64,000 bases of DNA from a bacterium (GTDB taxonomy: Bacteria; UBA8248), in assembly GCA_965199855.1 (NCBI GenBank), contig OZ241326.1:352001-416000 (forward strand), read 5' to 3'. The notes under the pieces are model-generated. The model ran no database searches, was not told the DNA's origin, and worked only from the letters and a program-made list of their open reading frames with translations. Below, in pieces: positions 34,239-43,546 of the stretch. The stretch's first letter is position 1. Each line of letters opens with the position of its first letter. Both the position numbers and the translations under genes were made by a program.

Positions 34239-35258
34239 ATGGACGAATTCGAGTTTTTCTTCGACAAGGAATGGTCGGACGGCCTGCCCGTCGTGCCGCC
34301 CACGGAGGCGCGAATCGCCTCGATGCTTTCGGGGACGAGGAGAGAGCCGGAGGAGGTTCTCGGCCGCGTCGCCCCCGCGGGGGGCGAGCTCAGCGTCCGG
34401 GGCGCGGCCGTCCACGCCGTGATGGCGGGCTGCAGGCCCGAATACATGCCGGTGCTGCTCGCCGGGCTGGAGGCGCTTCTCGACGAGCGCTTCAACGTGA
34501 ACCTGATTCAGGCCACGACGAGCGCGGGCGCGCCCTTTCTGCTGGTCAACGGCCCCTACGCGCGCGAGATAGGGATGCGCGGCGGGGCGGGCTGCATGGG
34601 CCCCGGCTTTCGCGCGAACCTCACCATCGGGCGCGCCGCGCGGCTCGTCATGATGAACGTGGGCGGCGGCGTCCCCGGCGTCACCTGCCTCGGCGGCTTC
34701 GGCGGCCCCTGGCGCAGCTCGTTCTGCCTCATGGAGAACGAGGAGGAATCCCCCTGGGAGTCCTACGCGGAGGCGAAGGGGTTTTCGCGCGAGGACAACG
34801 TGGCGACCATGATTCCCCTCGAGGGCCCCGCGCAGGTGTGGGACGACGCGAGCCGGACCCCCGACCGCCTGCTCGTCGCCGTCGCCGACATGATGTCCGC
34901 CCTGGGCGCGCCCAACGTGTATCGGCAGGCGGACATGGCGGTCGTCCTGGGCGCGCAGCACGCGCGCCTTTGCGCGGAGGCGGGGCTTTCGCGCGCCGAG
35001 GTTCACCGCAGGCTGATGGAGACGGCCGGGCGCCGCGTGGGGGAGATCAGGCGCGGCGGCATCTGGCGCGGCGCGGAGGGGGCGAGCCGCTGGCCGTTTC
35101 CCGTGGACGTGTCGGATGACGACTTCTTCGTGCCCGCCGTGGGCGATCCCGACGACCTGCACCTCATCGTCGCCGGAAGCCCGGGTTCGCCCTCGAGCAT
35201 GGTCATGCACGGCATCACCGTCGCCTGCCGCGCCGTGAGCAGGAAGTTCGAGGCGTGA
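34239..35258 (+). CDS. 'WSDGLPVVPPT' family protein, paralog D
   Basis: Same motifs; GGAGGAGG RBS. Confidence 0.85.
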   Translation: MDEFEFFFDKEWSDGLPVVPPTEARIASMLSGTRREPEEVLGRVAPAGGELSVRGAAVHAVMAGCRPEYMPVLLAGLEALLDERFNVNLIQATTSAGAPFLLVNGPYAREIGMRGGAGCMGPGFRANLTIGRAARLVMMNVGGGVPGVTCLGGFGGPWRSSFCLMENEEESPWESYAEAKGFSREDNVATMIPLEGPAQVWDDASRTPDRLLVAVADMMSALGAPNVYRQADMAVVLGAQHARLCAEAGLSRAEVHRRLMETAGRRVGEIRRGGIWRGAEGASRWPFPVDVSDDDFFVPAVGDPDDLHLIVAGSPGSPSSMVMHGITVACRAVSRKFEA

Positions 35259-35260
35259 GG

Positions 35261-36208
35261 CTAATATCCCCCTGAAGGCTTCGCCTTGTTTGCGCTGAAG
35301 TCGAGCAGATAGGTCTCATCGTCTATCTTGAAGAACGTCACATCCGTTCTTCCATGCTTCTCCAGATGCTCTTTTGTTACATACTCTCCCGAGGGCACTC
35401 CCAGCCGCTTTCGGAGATACGCGCCAAGCAGGCTGTTGTCTCTGGTGGTATGAAGTCCTTTTCCGCTGTCCTGCGCCCGAACGAAAATAAAAGCCTCGCC
35501 GTCGTCCGTATGGACGGTAAAAGGCGCATGGCGTTCGGGGAAGAAATCGCCGTCTCCTATCCTGACGGGAATGTTGATGTAAGCCTGGTTTTTGTTTCGT
35601 CCCCGGCGCTGTCCCCAGTTGACGCCTGATCTCTTGGGCGTCTCTTTGGTCTTGCTGTCGAGCAAGGACAGCGTGACTTCCTCAAGGCCCCTCGCTTCTT
35701 TCTGGGCGATGCTTTGGGATATGAGCATCCGTCTGCGTATGCTGGATTCCCTGCAGTCCGTAGTGTGCTTGAGCGCGCGCTCATAAAACTGATTCGCCCC
35801 AGCCGGATCGGAAGAAGCCATCCCCTCGATCTGATTTCCCCCGAACCCCGCCATGGTGTAGTTCGCCGAGCCGCAGAAGGCGCTCTCGGGCTCGCCTTTG
35901 TCATTCAGCCATACATACGATTTGACGTGGACGGGATTTCCCCGCGTCACGTATCGGCACTGAAATTCGATCCCGCCCTGGGGGGCGTCAGCCAGTTTGC
36001 GAAACGCGGAATGCTGCGCCTCCTGCATTCCATACGCGACGGTCATTCCCACGATAAGATCGATGGAAACCTCAAGATTTTCTTTGCGCAGATGCTCCAT
36101 GTGGCTATCCGCCATTCCCGCGGTGGCGAATCCGCTGACAATGCGCAATTTGCGAAACTTGCGGGCCGGCTCCAGCAGAACGCGCTGAAGCAGGCTGTTG
36201 CTGATCAC
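35261..36208 (-). CDS. PLD-family restriction endonuclease (NgoFVII-like)
   Basis: IVSGFAT, HVKSY (HxK), GSANYT, SGVNWGQR; overlaps the C5-MTase; lower GC. Confidence 0.8.
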   Translation of the reverse strand: MISNSLLQRVLLEPARKFRKLRIVSGFATAGMADSHMEHLRKENLEVSIDLIVGMTVAYGMQEAQHSAFRKLADAPQGGIEFQCRYVTRGNPVHVKSYVWLNDKGEPESAFCGSANYTMAGFGGNQIEGMASSDPAGANQFYERALKHTTDCRESSIRRRMLISQSIAQKEARGLEEVTLSLLDSKTKETPKRSGVNWGQRRGRNKNQAYINIPVRIGDGDFFPERHAPFTVHTDDGEAFIFVRAQDSGKGLHTTRDNSLLGAYLRKRLGVPSGEYVTKEHLEKHGRTDVTFFKIDDETYLLDFSANKAKPSGGY

Positions 36209-37215
36209 AGGGAACGCCTGGAGACGTGATGCCTGACGAGCGCGTCAAGAACGCCCCGGAAAATAACTTCCGCGCCCCTTGGAGGAACGGCCATTCCGAT
36301 TTGTCTGCGGACGGATTCCTTGCCGCCCCGGAAAACGAAGTCGTCGGGAAAAGTCTGGAGGCGGGCGCGCTCCCTGTTCGTCAATGCGCGGTTCTCTTTC
36401 CAGTGGTAGATGTGGGTTCCGCCGCCGCCCGAGCCCGTCACGGTGTAGCTTGGCGCGTCGGGCTTCAGCCGCTTGTATATCTGGCTTATTTTTGCGCCTT
36501 TGACGCGCAACTTCAGATGCTCCGGCAATTCGGCGGTAAAGGCGTTTTCTCCCGGGCGGATGTATCTCAGCCGCTCGACCACGTTCTTCGATTGTCTGGT
36601 CAGCTCGTTGTTGGGAGCGGTCGCGGGAATTTTCGAGAGCGCGCGTTCAGCCGCCACGGGCTTTTTCTTGTGGGTTGGAGCGGGATGCCTGAAATGCCGG
36701 ATATCCAGATCCTTGCGAAAGCCGACGATGATAATCCTGTGGCGGGTTTGCGGGACGCCGTATTCCTCAAAGCGGTACGTGTGGGGAAACAGGCGGTATC
36801 CCGCTTTTTCCAGCGACTCGAGGATGGTGTTGAAATCTCGCTTCCCTCCGCTTGACTTGATGCCGTTCACGTTCTCCGCAACAAAGAAGGAGGGCTGTTT
36901 GATCTCGAGCGCCTTCACCCCCCAGGCGTAAAGCCCCCCGTATCGCCCGGATATGCCCTGCCGCTCTCCCACCACGCTGAAGTCGTTGCACGGGAAGCCG
37001 AACACCAGTCCATCGATGTCGGGCATCTTCTCCAAATCGATCTCGGCGACATCCCCGCATATCACCGATGGTATGGGGACGTTTCCTCTGAGCGTCCGGC
37101 AGGCGTCCTCGTCGTTGTCGTTCGCCCAGACGCAGGAAAATCCCGCCCTGTGCGCTCCGAGCGCCATGCCGCCTGCGCCGGAGAACAATTCAGCTATTCT
37201 ATAGGGCCTGTTCAT
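36205..37215 (-). CDS. dcm: DNA (cytosine-5) methyltransferase
   Basis: LFSGAGG, GFPC, ENV, Q.R.R, RERARLQTFPD. Confidence 0.95.
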   Translation of the reverse strand: MNRPYRIAELFSGAGGMALGAHRAGFSCVWANDNDEDACRTLRGNVPIPSVICGDVAEIDLEKMPDIDGLVFGFPCNDFSVVGERQGISGRYGGLYAWGVKALEIKQPSFFVAENVNGIKSSGGKRDFNTILESLEKAGYRLFPHTYRFEEYGVPQTRHRIIIVGFRKDLDIRHFRHPAPTHKKKPVAAERALSKIPATAPNNELTRQSKNVVERLRYIRPGENAFTAELPEHLKLRVKGAKISQIYKRLKPDAPSYTVTGSGGGGTHIYHWKENRALTNRERARLQTFPDDFVFRGGKESVRRQIGMAVPPRGAEVIFRGVLDALVRHHVSRRSL

Positions 37216-37654
37216 TTTTTCGTCTTGAATCGCCGGGCGCCCACTCCTCGGATTCTCTGATTTTTCTCGCGAGTTTCGTGATCTTCCGGGGCTCCGCTTC
37301 GCACTCCCATAGGACGAAAACCCTCCATCCCATCTTCTTCAGGATAACACGGACTTTCTGGAAGCGATCGATGTTTCTCTTCAGTTTGGGGCGCCAATAG
37401 TCCTGGTTCGATTTTGGCATTGCGGCCCTCTTGCAGCCCTTGTGCTGATGCCAGAAGCATCCGTGAATGAATACGATCGCCCGATGCTTCTTCAAGACAA
37501 TGTCGGGGCTGCCGGGAATATCCTTTTGGTGCAGACGAAATCGAAGCCCCCGTCGATGGAGTCCCGAGCGAACGGAAATCTCGGGCTTCGTATTCTTTGA
37601 GCGAATCCTGGACATAATCCGGCTTCGCTCTTCCTTGGTGAATGCGTCGGCCAC
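37199..37654 (-). CDS. vsr: Very short patch repair endonuclease
   Basis: D.F...RS.IMSRIRSKNTKPE, PG.PD, HGCFWHQH, WECE. Confidence 0.95.
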   Translation of the reverse strand: MADAFTKEERSRIMSRIRSKNTKPEISVRSGLHRRGLRFRLHQKDIPGSPDIVLKKHRAIVFIHGCFWHQHKGCKRAAMPKSNQDYWRPKLKRNIDRFQKVRVILKKMGWRVFVLWECEAEPRKITKLARKIRESEEWAPGDSRRKNEQAL

Positions 37655-37719
37655 GGAAATCTTCGCCTCCAGGGGCCCGCGCGTTCTTGAATGCCCCGCC
37701 CCCTCCGATCCACGCCGGG

Positions 37720-39969
37720 CTACCCGCCCCTTTTCTCCCTCATCGCCCGGCAGACGCGCTCGGGGGTGATGGGCAGGTCGCGGACCTCCGCGCCGATGGC
37801 GTCGTTGATCGCAAGCGCCACGGCGGCGGGGGCGTTGTTGCAGGGGGGCTCGCCCACGCCGCGCGCCCCGTAGGGCCCCGCCCCCTCGCCGCATTCGAGG
37901 ACGACGGATTCAACCTCGCCGATGTCGGACGACGTGGGGATGAGATACTCGTGGAAGCTCTGGGAGCGGCAGTCTCCCTCGACCATGGTGATTTCCTCGT
38001 GCAGCGCGTAGCCGATGCCCATTACCGCCCCGCCCTCGAACTGCCCCTCCACGCTCACGGGGTTGAGGGCGCGCCCCACGTCGTGGGCGGCCACGTGCTT
38101 CAGGAGGTTCACCTCGCCGGTCTCCGCGTCCACCTCCACCTCGCTGGCGTGGACGCCGAAGGTGTAGTCCGACCAGCCGCCCATGCCGTTCAGGTAGCGC
38201 CCGGGGTTCTCGTAGTCGTGTCCCGGCATGTTGTAGCCGTGCGTGCAGTGGAGCGATTCGCCCATCCTCTTCGCCTCGCCGGCCGCGGCGCCTATCCCGA
38301 TTCTCCGCTCGGGCGCGGAGGCCACCCACGCCTCGCCGCCGCCCATGCGCACGTCCTCCTCCGCCGCCTCCAGCAGGGAGGCCGCGCCCCTCGTCGCCGC
38401 CTTGCGGACCTCCTCGGCCGCCAGCCGGACGGCCTGCCCCGCCATGAGGGTCTGGCGCGAGCCGGCGGTGATGCCCGAGAGCGGCGTGGTGGCGGAATCG
38501 GAGAGGCGGGTGGAGACCTGATCGAGCCTGAGCCCCAGCGCCTCGGCGGTGATGCTCTGGAGCGTGGCGCCCTGGCCCGCGCCGATGTCCGGCGCGCTCA
38601 CGCGGACGACGGCGCTTCCGTCGGGCTCGAGGTGAACCGCCGCGTTCGCGTCGTCGTGCGGCCTTCCGTAGCCGGTGATGTTCGCCGCCGCCGCCCGGCC
38701 GACCCGCTTGCCCGGGCGCGGCTTCGAGGGTTCGCCCAGGGCGCGGAAGGCGCCCTCCAGGCACCCCTCCAGGTTCGGCTCGTAGGGGATCTTCTGGCCG
38801 GTGGGCAGCGCCTGCCCCTTCTGGATGAAGTTCTTCCGCCGCAGCTCGTATTTGTCCATGCCGAGGGCGTCGGCGACCAGGTTCATCTGGTTCTCGTAGG
38901 CGAAGCAGACCTGGTTCGAGCCGACGCCGCGCATGGCGTTGGTGATGGGGTTGTTGGTGAGGTAGCCGTGGGCGCGAATCGCCGCGTTGGGCACGTCGTA
39001 GGGCCCCGCGGCGATGCACATGGCGCCCAGGAGGAACAGGTTGGACTTGTAGGGGTAGGCGCCCGCGTCGCCCACGATGTCCGCCTGCACGGCCAGGATT
39101 TTCCCGTCTTTCGCCGCCGCCGTCCTGTAGTTCATGTAGAAGGGGTGCTTCTTCGAGGTGTTGCGGATGCCCTCCTCCCGGCCGAGAACCATCACGGCGG
39201 GCCGCCGCGTCAGCCAGGTGAGCAGCGCCAGATAGGGCTCGACGGTCAGCATCCCCTTGGCGCCGAAGCCGCCGCCGACGTAGGTTCCGAGGTGGCGGAC
39301 GCGGCTGTGGGGAATCCCCAGAATCGCCGCGACGGCGCGGTAGTATTCGATGAGCTGCGTGCCTACGCGGATGGTGAGGACGCCGTCCTCCTCCATCCAG
39401 GAGGTGCCGGAGGCGGGCTCCAGAAAGGCGTGCTCGGCGAGCTGGGTGGTGTAGGTCTTCTCGACCACCGCGTCGGCTTCGGCGAACGCGGCCTCCGGGT
39501 CGCCGCGGCGCACCTCGAAGTCGCAGGCCTGGCGCTTCTCCGCGCTCGCCTCGTCGTGGCGCGTCGTCCACACCCCCTCCTGCGCGTCTATCTCCACCTC
39601 GATGGCCGCGATGGCGGCGTCGAGCGCCTCCCTCGTTTCCGCGCCCACGACGGCGAGGGCGTCTCCCGTGAATTCGATCCTGTCCTCCACCAGCACCGGC
39701 TGATGCGGCAGGCCCGGCGAGCCGGAGCCGAACCGCGCGTTCTGGCCGGGGATGTCCTTCGCGGTCAGGACGGCGGCGACGCCGGGAATTTTCTCGGCCG
39801 CCGAGGCGTCGAGCCTCCTCAGGCGGCCCACGGGGACGGGCGTGAACAGGACGCCGCACTGAAGGGCGTTCGCGGGCGCCGCGTCCTCGCCGTAGGGCAT
39901 GGAGCCGTCCGCCTTCGGGATGGAGTCGTACCGGACGTTCGGCTTGCCGATGATGTCGTAGTCAGCCAT
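37720..39969 (-). CDS. Xanthine dehydrogenase/aldehyde oxidoreductase-family molybdopterin-binding subunit
   Basis: HAFLEP, VGGGFGAK, AMRGVG, GQG, NP..VEGQ.EGG, GVGEPP. Confidence 0.92.
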   Translation of the reverse strand: MADYDIIGKPNVRYDSIPKADGSMPYGEDAAPANALQCGVLFTPVPVGRLRRLDASAAEKIPGVAAVLTAKDIPGQNARFGSGSPGLPHQPVLVEDRIEFTGDALAVVGAETREALDAAIAAIEVEIDAQEGVWTTRHDEASAEKRQACDFEVRRGDPEAAFAEADAVVEKTYTTQLAEHAFLEPASGTSWMEEDGVLTIRVGTQLIEYYRAVAAILGIPHSRVRHLGTYVGGGFGAKGMLTVEPYLALLTWLTRRPAVMVLGREEGIRNTSKKHPFYMNYRTAAAKDGKILAVQADIVGDAGAYPYKSNLFLLGAMCIAAGPYDVPNAAIRAHGYLTNNPITNAMRGVGSNQVCFAYENQMNLVADALGMDKYELRRKNFIQKGQALPTGQKIPYEPNLEGCLEGAFRALGEPSKPRPGKRVGRAAAANITGYGRPHDDANAAVHLEPDGSAVVRVSAPDIGAGQGATLQSITAEALGLRLDQVSTRLSDSATTPLSGITAGSRQTLMAGQAVRLAAEEVRKAATRGAASLLEAAEEDVRMGGGEAWVASAPERRIGIGAAAGEAKRMGESLHCTHGYNMPGHDYENPGRYLNGMGGWSDYTFGVHASEVEVDAETGEVNLLKHVAAHDVGRALNPVSVEGQFEGGAVMGIGYALHEEITMVEGDCRSQSFHEYLIPTSSDIGEVESVVLECGEGAGPYGARGVGEPPCNNAPAAVALAINDAIGAEVRDLPITPERVCRAMREKRGG

Positions 39970-40170
39970 CTGCTCGCTCCTTGAAGATGAAGAGGGCATT
40001 CGCGGGATCGGGCCTGATCTTGCCAGAATTCGGCGAGGGCGGGAAGCGGGGCGGCTTCGTCCGCGCCTCGCGCGGGCGCGGTTCCGCCTTCGGGCGGCGT
40101 GGACAAGGGCGCGGTTCGCGGGCTATGATTCGCGGGCCTTTTGAGTTCACCCATTCTATTGGAGAGCGCC

Positions 40171-40701
40171 ATGGCGAACGATATGGGATTCATCGACCCC
40201 ACGGCGGGCGGCTCGGCCGCGAAGGTCGAACCCGCGCCCCGCCCCGCCGACCTTTCCGGCAAGGTGGTGGGGCTCCTCGACAACACGAAGGAGCAGGCGG
40301 ACATCATCCTGGACGCCCTGGGGGGCGCGCTTCGCGAGCGATACGACGTGGCGAAAGTCGTCTCGATGCGCAAGGAGCACTACTCGAAGCCCGCCACGGA
40401 CGAGATGATCGAGGAAATGTCCCGGGAGGTGGACGTGGCGATAGCCGCGCTCGGGGGCTGAGGCTCCTGCACGTTGTGCAGTGTGCACGACACGGTGGAA
40501 TTCGAGAAGCGGGGCGTTCCTTCGACCACCATCATCACCGAGGCGTTCAGGAACGCGGCGGACTTCCAGTTCCGGGGCAAGGGCATGGAGGGACACCCCT
40601 ACGTTCAGCTGCCCCACCCGGTCAGCAATCTCCGGCCCGACGAGATGCGCGAGACGACGCTGAGGTTCGTCGAGGAAGTCGCGAGCCATCTGAAGGGCTG
40701 A
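40171..40701 (+). CDS. UGSC-family selenoprotein (in-frame UGA at 40459-40461 read as Sec)
   Basis: Track ORFs 40141..40461 and 40474..40701 are in one frame and join as ...ALGG-U-GSCTLCSVHD..; SECIS-like hairpin follows. Confidence 0.85.
40473..40491 (+). promoter_or_regulatory. Putative bacterial SECIS hairpin
   Basis: GTTGTGCA-GTG-TGCACGAC; G-initiated loop ~20 nt after the UGA. Confidence 0.65.
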
Positions 40702-40744
40702 GGCGAGGCGGGGGGCGGGAAGGCGTTTTCCGGGAGGGGCGCGC

Positions 40745-41527
40745 GTGCGCGGGTTCGAGACGATAGGCTATGAGGAGAAAGACGGGCTGGCGGTCGTCAG
40801 GCTCGACCGCCCGGAGAGCCTGAACGCGATCAGCTCGAAGATGGCCGAGGAGTTCGTGGAGCTGGCGGAAGCGCTGGCCGGGGCGCGGCGGACGCGCGTG
40901 GTCGTTCTCACCGGAGCGGGGCGCGCCTTCAGCACGGGTCGGGACCTGAAGGAGAGCGCGACCCACTCGAAGGAGACGGCCGACCGCTACCAGCGCGACG
41001 TGATGGCGACGACGACGCTTTGGGAGCGCCTGCCCATGCCCACCATCGCCGCCGTCAACGGCCATGCGTTCGGCTGGGGGGTGGAGATCACCCTGGCCTG
41101 CGACATCCGGCTCGCCGCGGAGGAGGCGACCCTGTGCCTGCCGGAGTGCAGCCTGGGCATCTTTCCCGGAGCGGGCGGCGTGGTGAGGCTTCAGCGCATC
41201 ATGCCGGCCGGCCAGGCGAAGGAGCTGGTCTTCACGAGCAGGCGCGTCGACGGAAAGGAGGCCGAGCGCATCGGTCTGGCGAACAGGGCGCATCCGCTCG
41301 CCGACCTCATGGCCGAGGCCATGGCGACGGCGGAGAAGATAAGGGACAACGGCCCCCTGGGGGTTCGCGGCGCGAAGAAGGTGATCGACCAGACGCTCGA
41401 CATGCCGCTCGCCCAGGCCGTCGAGTTCTCCAACGCCCTGCGGCTGCCGCTCAACCAAACCAGGGATTTCGCCGAGGCGCTGGCGGCCTTCAGGGAGAAG
41501 AGAAAGCCCGTTTTCACGGGGGAGTAG
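40745..41527 (+). CDS. Enoyl-CoA hydratase/isomerase
   Basis: AFSTGRDL, GWGVEITLACD, LPECSLGIFPG, C-terminal FREKRKPVFTG. Confidence 0.92.
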   Translation: MRGFETIGYEEKDGLAVVRLDRPESLNAISSKMAEEFVELAEALAGARRTRVVVLTGAGRAFSTGRDLKESATHSKETADRYQRDVMATTTLWERLPMPTIAAVNGHAFGWGVEITLACDIRLAAEEATLCLPECSLGIFPGAGGVVRLQRIMPAGQAKELVFTSRRVDGKEAERIGLANRAHPLADLMAEAMATAEKIRDNGPLGVRGAKKVIDQTLDMPLAQAVEFSNALRLPLNQTRDFAEALAAFREKRKPVFTGE

Positions 41528-41603
41528 AAGTGCCGGCCGCCTCGCCCGGAACGGCCGGGGCCCCTCCTCCCGGCGCGCGGGCTTTTTCCGGGGGCGGCGC
41601 GGC

Positions 41604-42305
41604 ATGAGCGGGGGTATCCTCGTCACGCGGGTGGAATCGGGCGTCGCGCGCCTCACCCTCCATCGGCCCGAGGCGCGAAATGCGTTCAACACGCCGCTCA
41701 TGGAGGCCATGCGCGCGGCGATGGCCGAGGTCGGGCGCAGGCGCGGCGTCAGGGCTCTCGTCGTCACGGGCGCGGGCGAGGCCTTCTCCGCGGGGCGCGA
41801 CCTCAAGGAGAGCGCGCGTCACACGCCGGAGCAGGCGGCGCGGTTCATGGCGCTGGGCGAGAGGTGGAGCGCGGCGCTTCGGGAGTTTCCCGTTCCCACG
41901 ATCGCGGCGGTGAACGGGCCCGCCTTCGGGTGGGGGATGGTCCTGATGCTCTCCTGCGACCTTCGCCTCGCGGCGGAGGGCGCCGTCCTGGGGTATCCCG
42001 AAGCCGCGCTGGGGGTGTTTCCGGGCGGGGACGCGACCGTTCGCCTGACGCGGCAGATCTCCGTTCCCGCCGCGAAGGAGCTGACGCTCACCGGGAGAAG
42101 GTTTGACGCGCGGGAGGGATATCGCCTGGGACTGGTGAATCGCGTCGCGCCCGGAGAGAGCCTGCTGGTGGAGGCCCGCGCCCTGGGCGAGGCGATCGCG
42201 CGGCGCTCGCCCGAAGAACTGAGGGCGATGAAGGCGGAGTTTCTGAAAGTCGAGGCGATGCCGCGCTTCGGGCTTCTGTCGGCGGCGGAGAGAATCGGGC
42301 GGTGA
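41604..42305 (+). CDS. Enoyl-CoA hydratase/isomerase paralog (short, one catalytic Glu)
   Basis: AFSAGRDL, GWGMVLMLSCD, YPEAALGVFPG. Confidence 0.88.
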   Translation: MSGGILVTRVESGVARLTLHRPEARNAFNTPLMEAMRAAMAEVGRRRGVRALVVTGAGEAFSAGRDLKESARHTPEQAARFMALGERWSAALREFPVPTIAAVNGPAFGWGMVLMLSCDLRLAAEGAVLGYPEAALGVFPGGDATVRLTRQISVPAAKELTLTGRRFDAREGYRLGLVNRVAPGESLLVEARALGEAIARRSPEELRAMKAEFLKVEAMPRFGLLSAAERIGR

Positions 42306-42324
42306 GGGCGCGGGAGGGGGTTCG

Positions 42325-43521
42325 ATGGAATTCACGCTGAGCGAAGAGCAGACCAGAATCCGGCAGATCGCCAGAAAATTCTCCTACGAGGAGCTGGCGC
42401 CGGTCGCTCCCGAGCGGGACAGGATTCAGGACTGGGAGGAGCGGATGCCGTGGGATCTCACGGAGAAGGCGAGCGCCCTGGGCCTCCGGCAGCTGCCCTA
42501 CCCCAGGGAATACGGCGGCATGGGCGCGGACGTGCTTTCGTGCTGTCTGGCGGGGGAGGAGCTCGCCGTGGGCGATCTGGGCTTCGCGGTGAACCTGGAT
42601 CAGACCTGGAAGCTCTCCCACATCTTGGAGAAGGTGGACCCCGGGATACGCGACCCCTGGATGAAGCGCCTGTGCGAGGAGCCGAGGTTCCTGGTGGCGA
42701 TCTCCATGACGGAAGAGGGAGCGGGAACCGACCATCAGGGATATTACGACGATCCCTCCATCGCCCTTTACGCGCGCGCGGAGAAGAAGGGCGGCAAGTG
42801 GATCGTCAACGGGAAGAAGCGCTACATCAGCAACGGCCCCGTGGCCTCGCTGTACGTTCTGGCGGCGCGAACCGACCTCGCCAAAAGCCTGCGCGAGAGC
42901 CTCACAGGCTTCCTCGTTCCCCGGGACGCCCCCGGCGTCTCGATCGGCCGCGTGCACGAGAAAATCGGCCAGCGCCTCTCCATGAACTCGGAGATATTCT
43001 ACGAGAACGTCGAGGTTCCGGAGAGCCACGTGATCCTGGGCGAGGGGAACATGTTCGAGATCAGGGGCAACCTCCTGGCGATGGGAAAGCCCGAAGCCGC
43101 CGCCACGGCCCTGGGCGTCGGACGCGCCGCCTTCGAGAAGGCGCTCGCCTACGGCCGCGAGCGCGTCCAGGGCGGCAGGCCCATCGCGCGGCATCAGGCG
43201 ATAGAGACCATGCTCGCCGACATGGCGATGAGCCTGGACGTCGCGCGCACCTACATCTGGCGCACCGCCTGGGCGGTGGATCACCAGAAGCCCTACGACT
43301 TCACCCAGGGGTGGAAGTGCAAGGTTTTCGCCTCGGAGGCCGCCTTCGAGTGCGCGCGTCTGGGGATGGAGATATTCGGCGGGGCGGGCGTCATGCGGGA
43401 CGCGCCCATGGAGAAATACCTCCGCGACGCCAGCACCTTCCTGCATTCGGACGGCACGAACCAGATATTGAGGCTGAGGACGGCGCAGGCGTACGTGAAC
43501 GGGGCGGCGACGGCGTTCTAG
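42325..43521 (+). CDS. Acyl-CoA dehydrogenase family flavoprotein
   Basis: MTE.GAGTD, NGKKRYISNG, RVQGGRPI, FGGAG, SDGTNQI. Confidence 0.92.
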   Translation: MEFTLSEEQTRIRQIARKFSYEELAPVAPERDRIQDWEERMPWDLTEKASALGLRQLPYPREYGGMGADVLSCCLAGEELAVGDLGFAVNLDQTWKLSHILEKVDPGIRDPWMKRLCEEPRFLVAISMTEEGAGTDHQGYYDDPSIALYARAEKKGGKWIVNGKKRYISNGPVASLYVLAARTDLAKSLRESLTGFLVPRDAPGVSIGRVHEKIGQRLSMNSEIFYENVEVPESHVILGEGNMFEIRGNLLAMGKPEAAATALGVGRAAFEKALAYGRERVQGGRPIARHQAIETMLADMAMSLDVARTYIWRTAWAVDHQKPYDFTQGWKCKVFASEAAFECARLGMEIFGGAGVMRDAPMEKYLRDASTFLHSDGTNQILRLRTAQAYVNGAATAF

Positions 43522-43546
43522 CGGAACGACGGGGAGGCCGGGCGGA

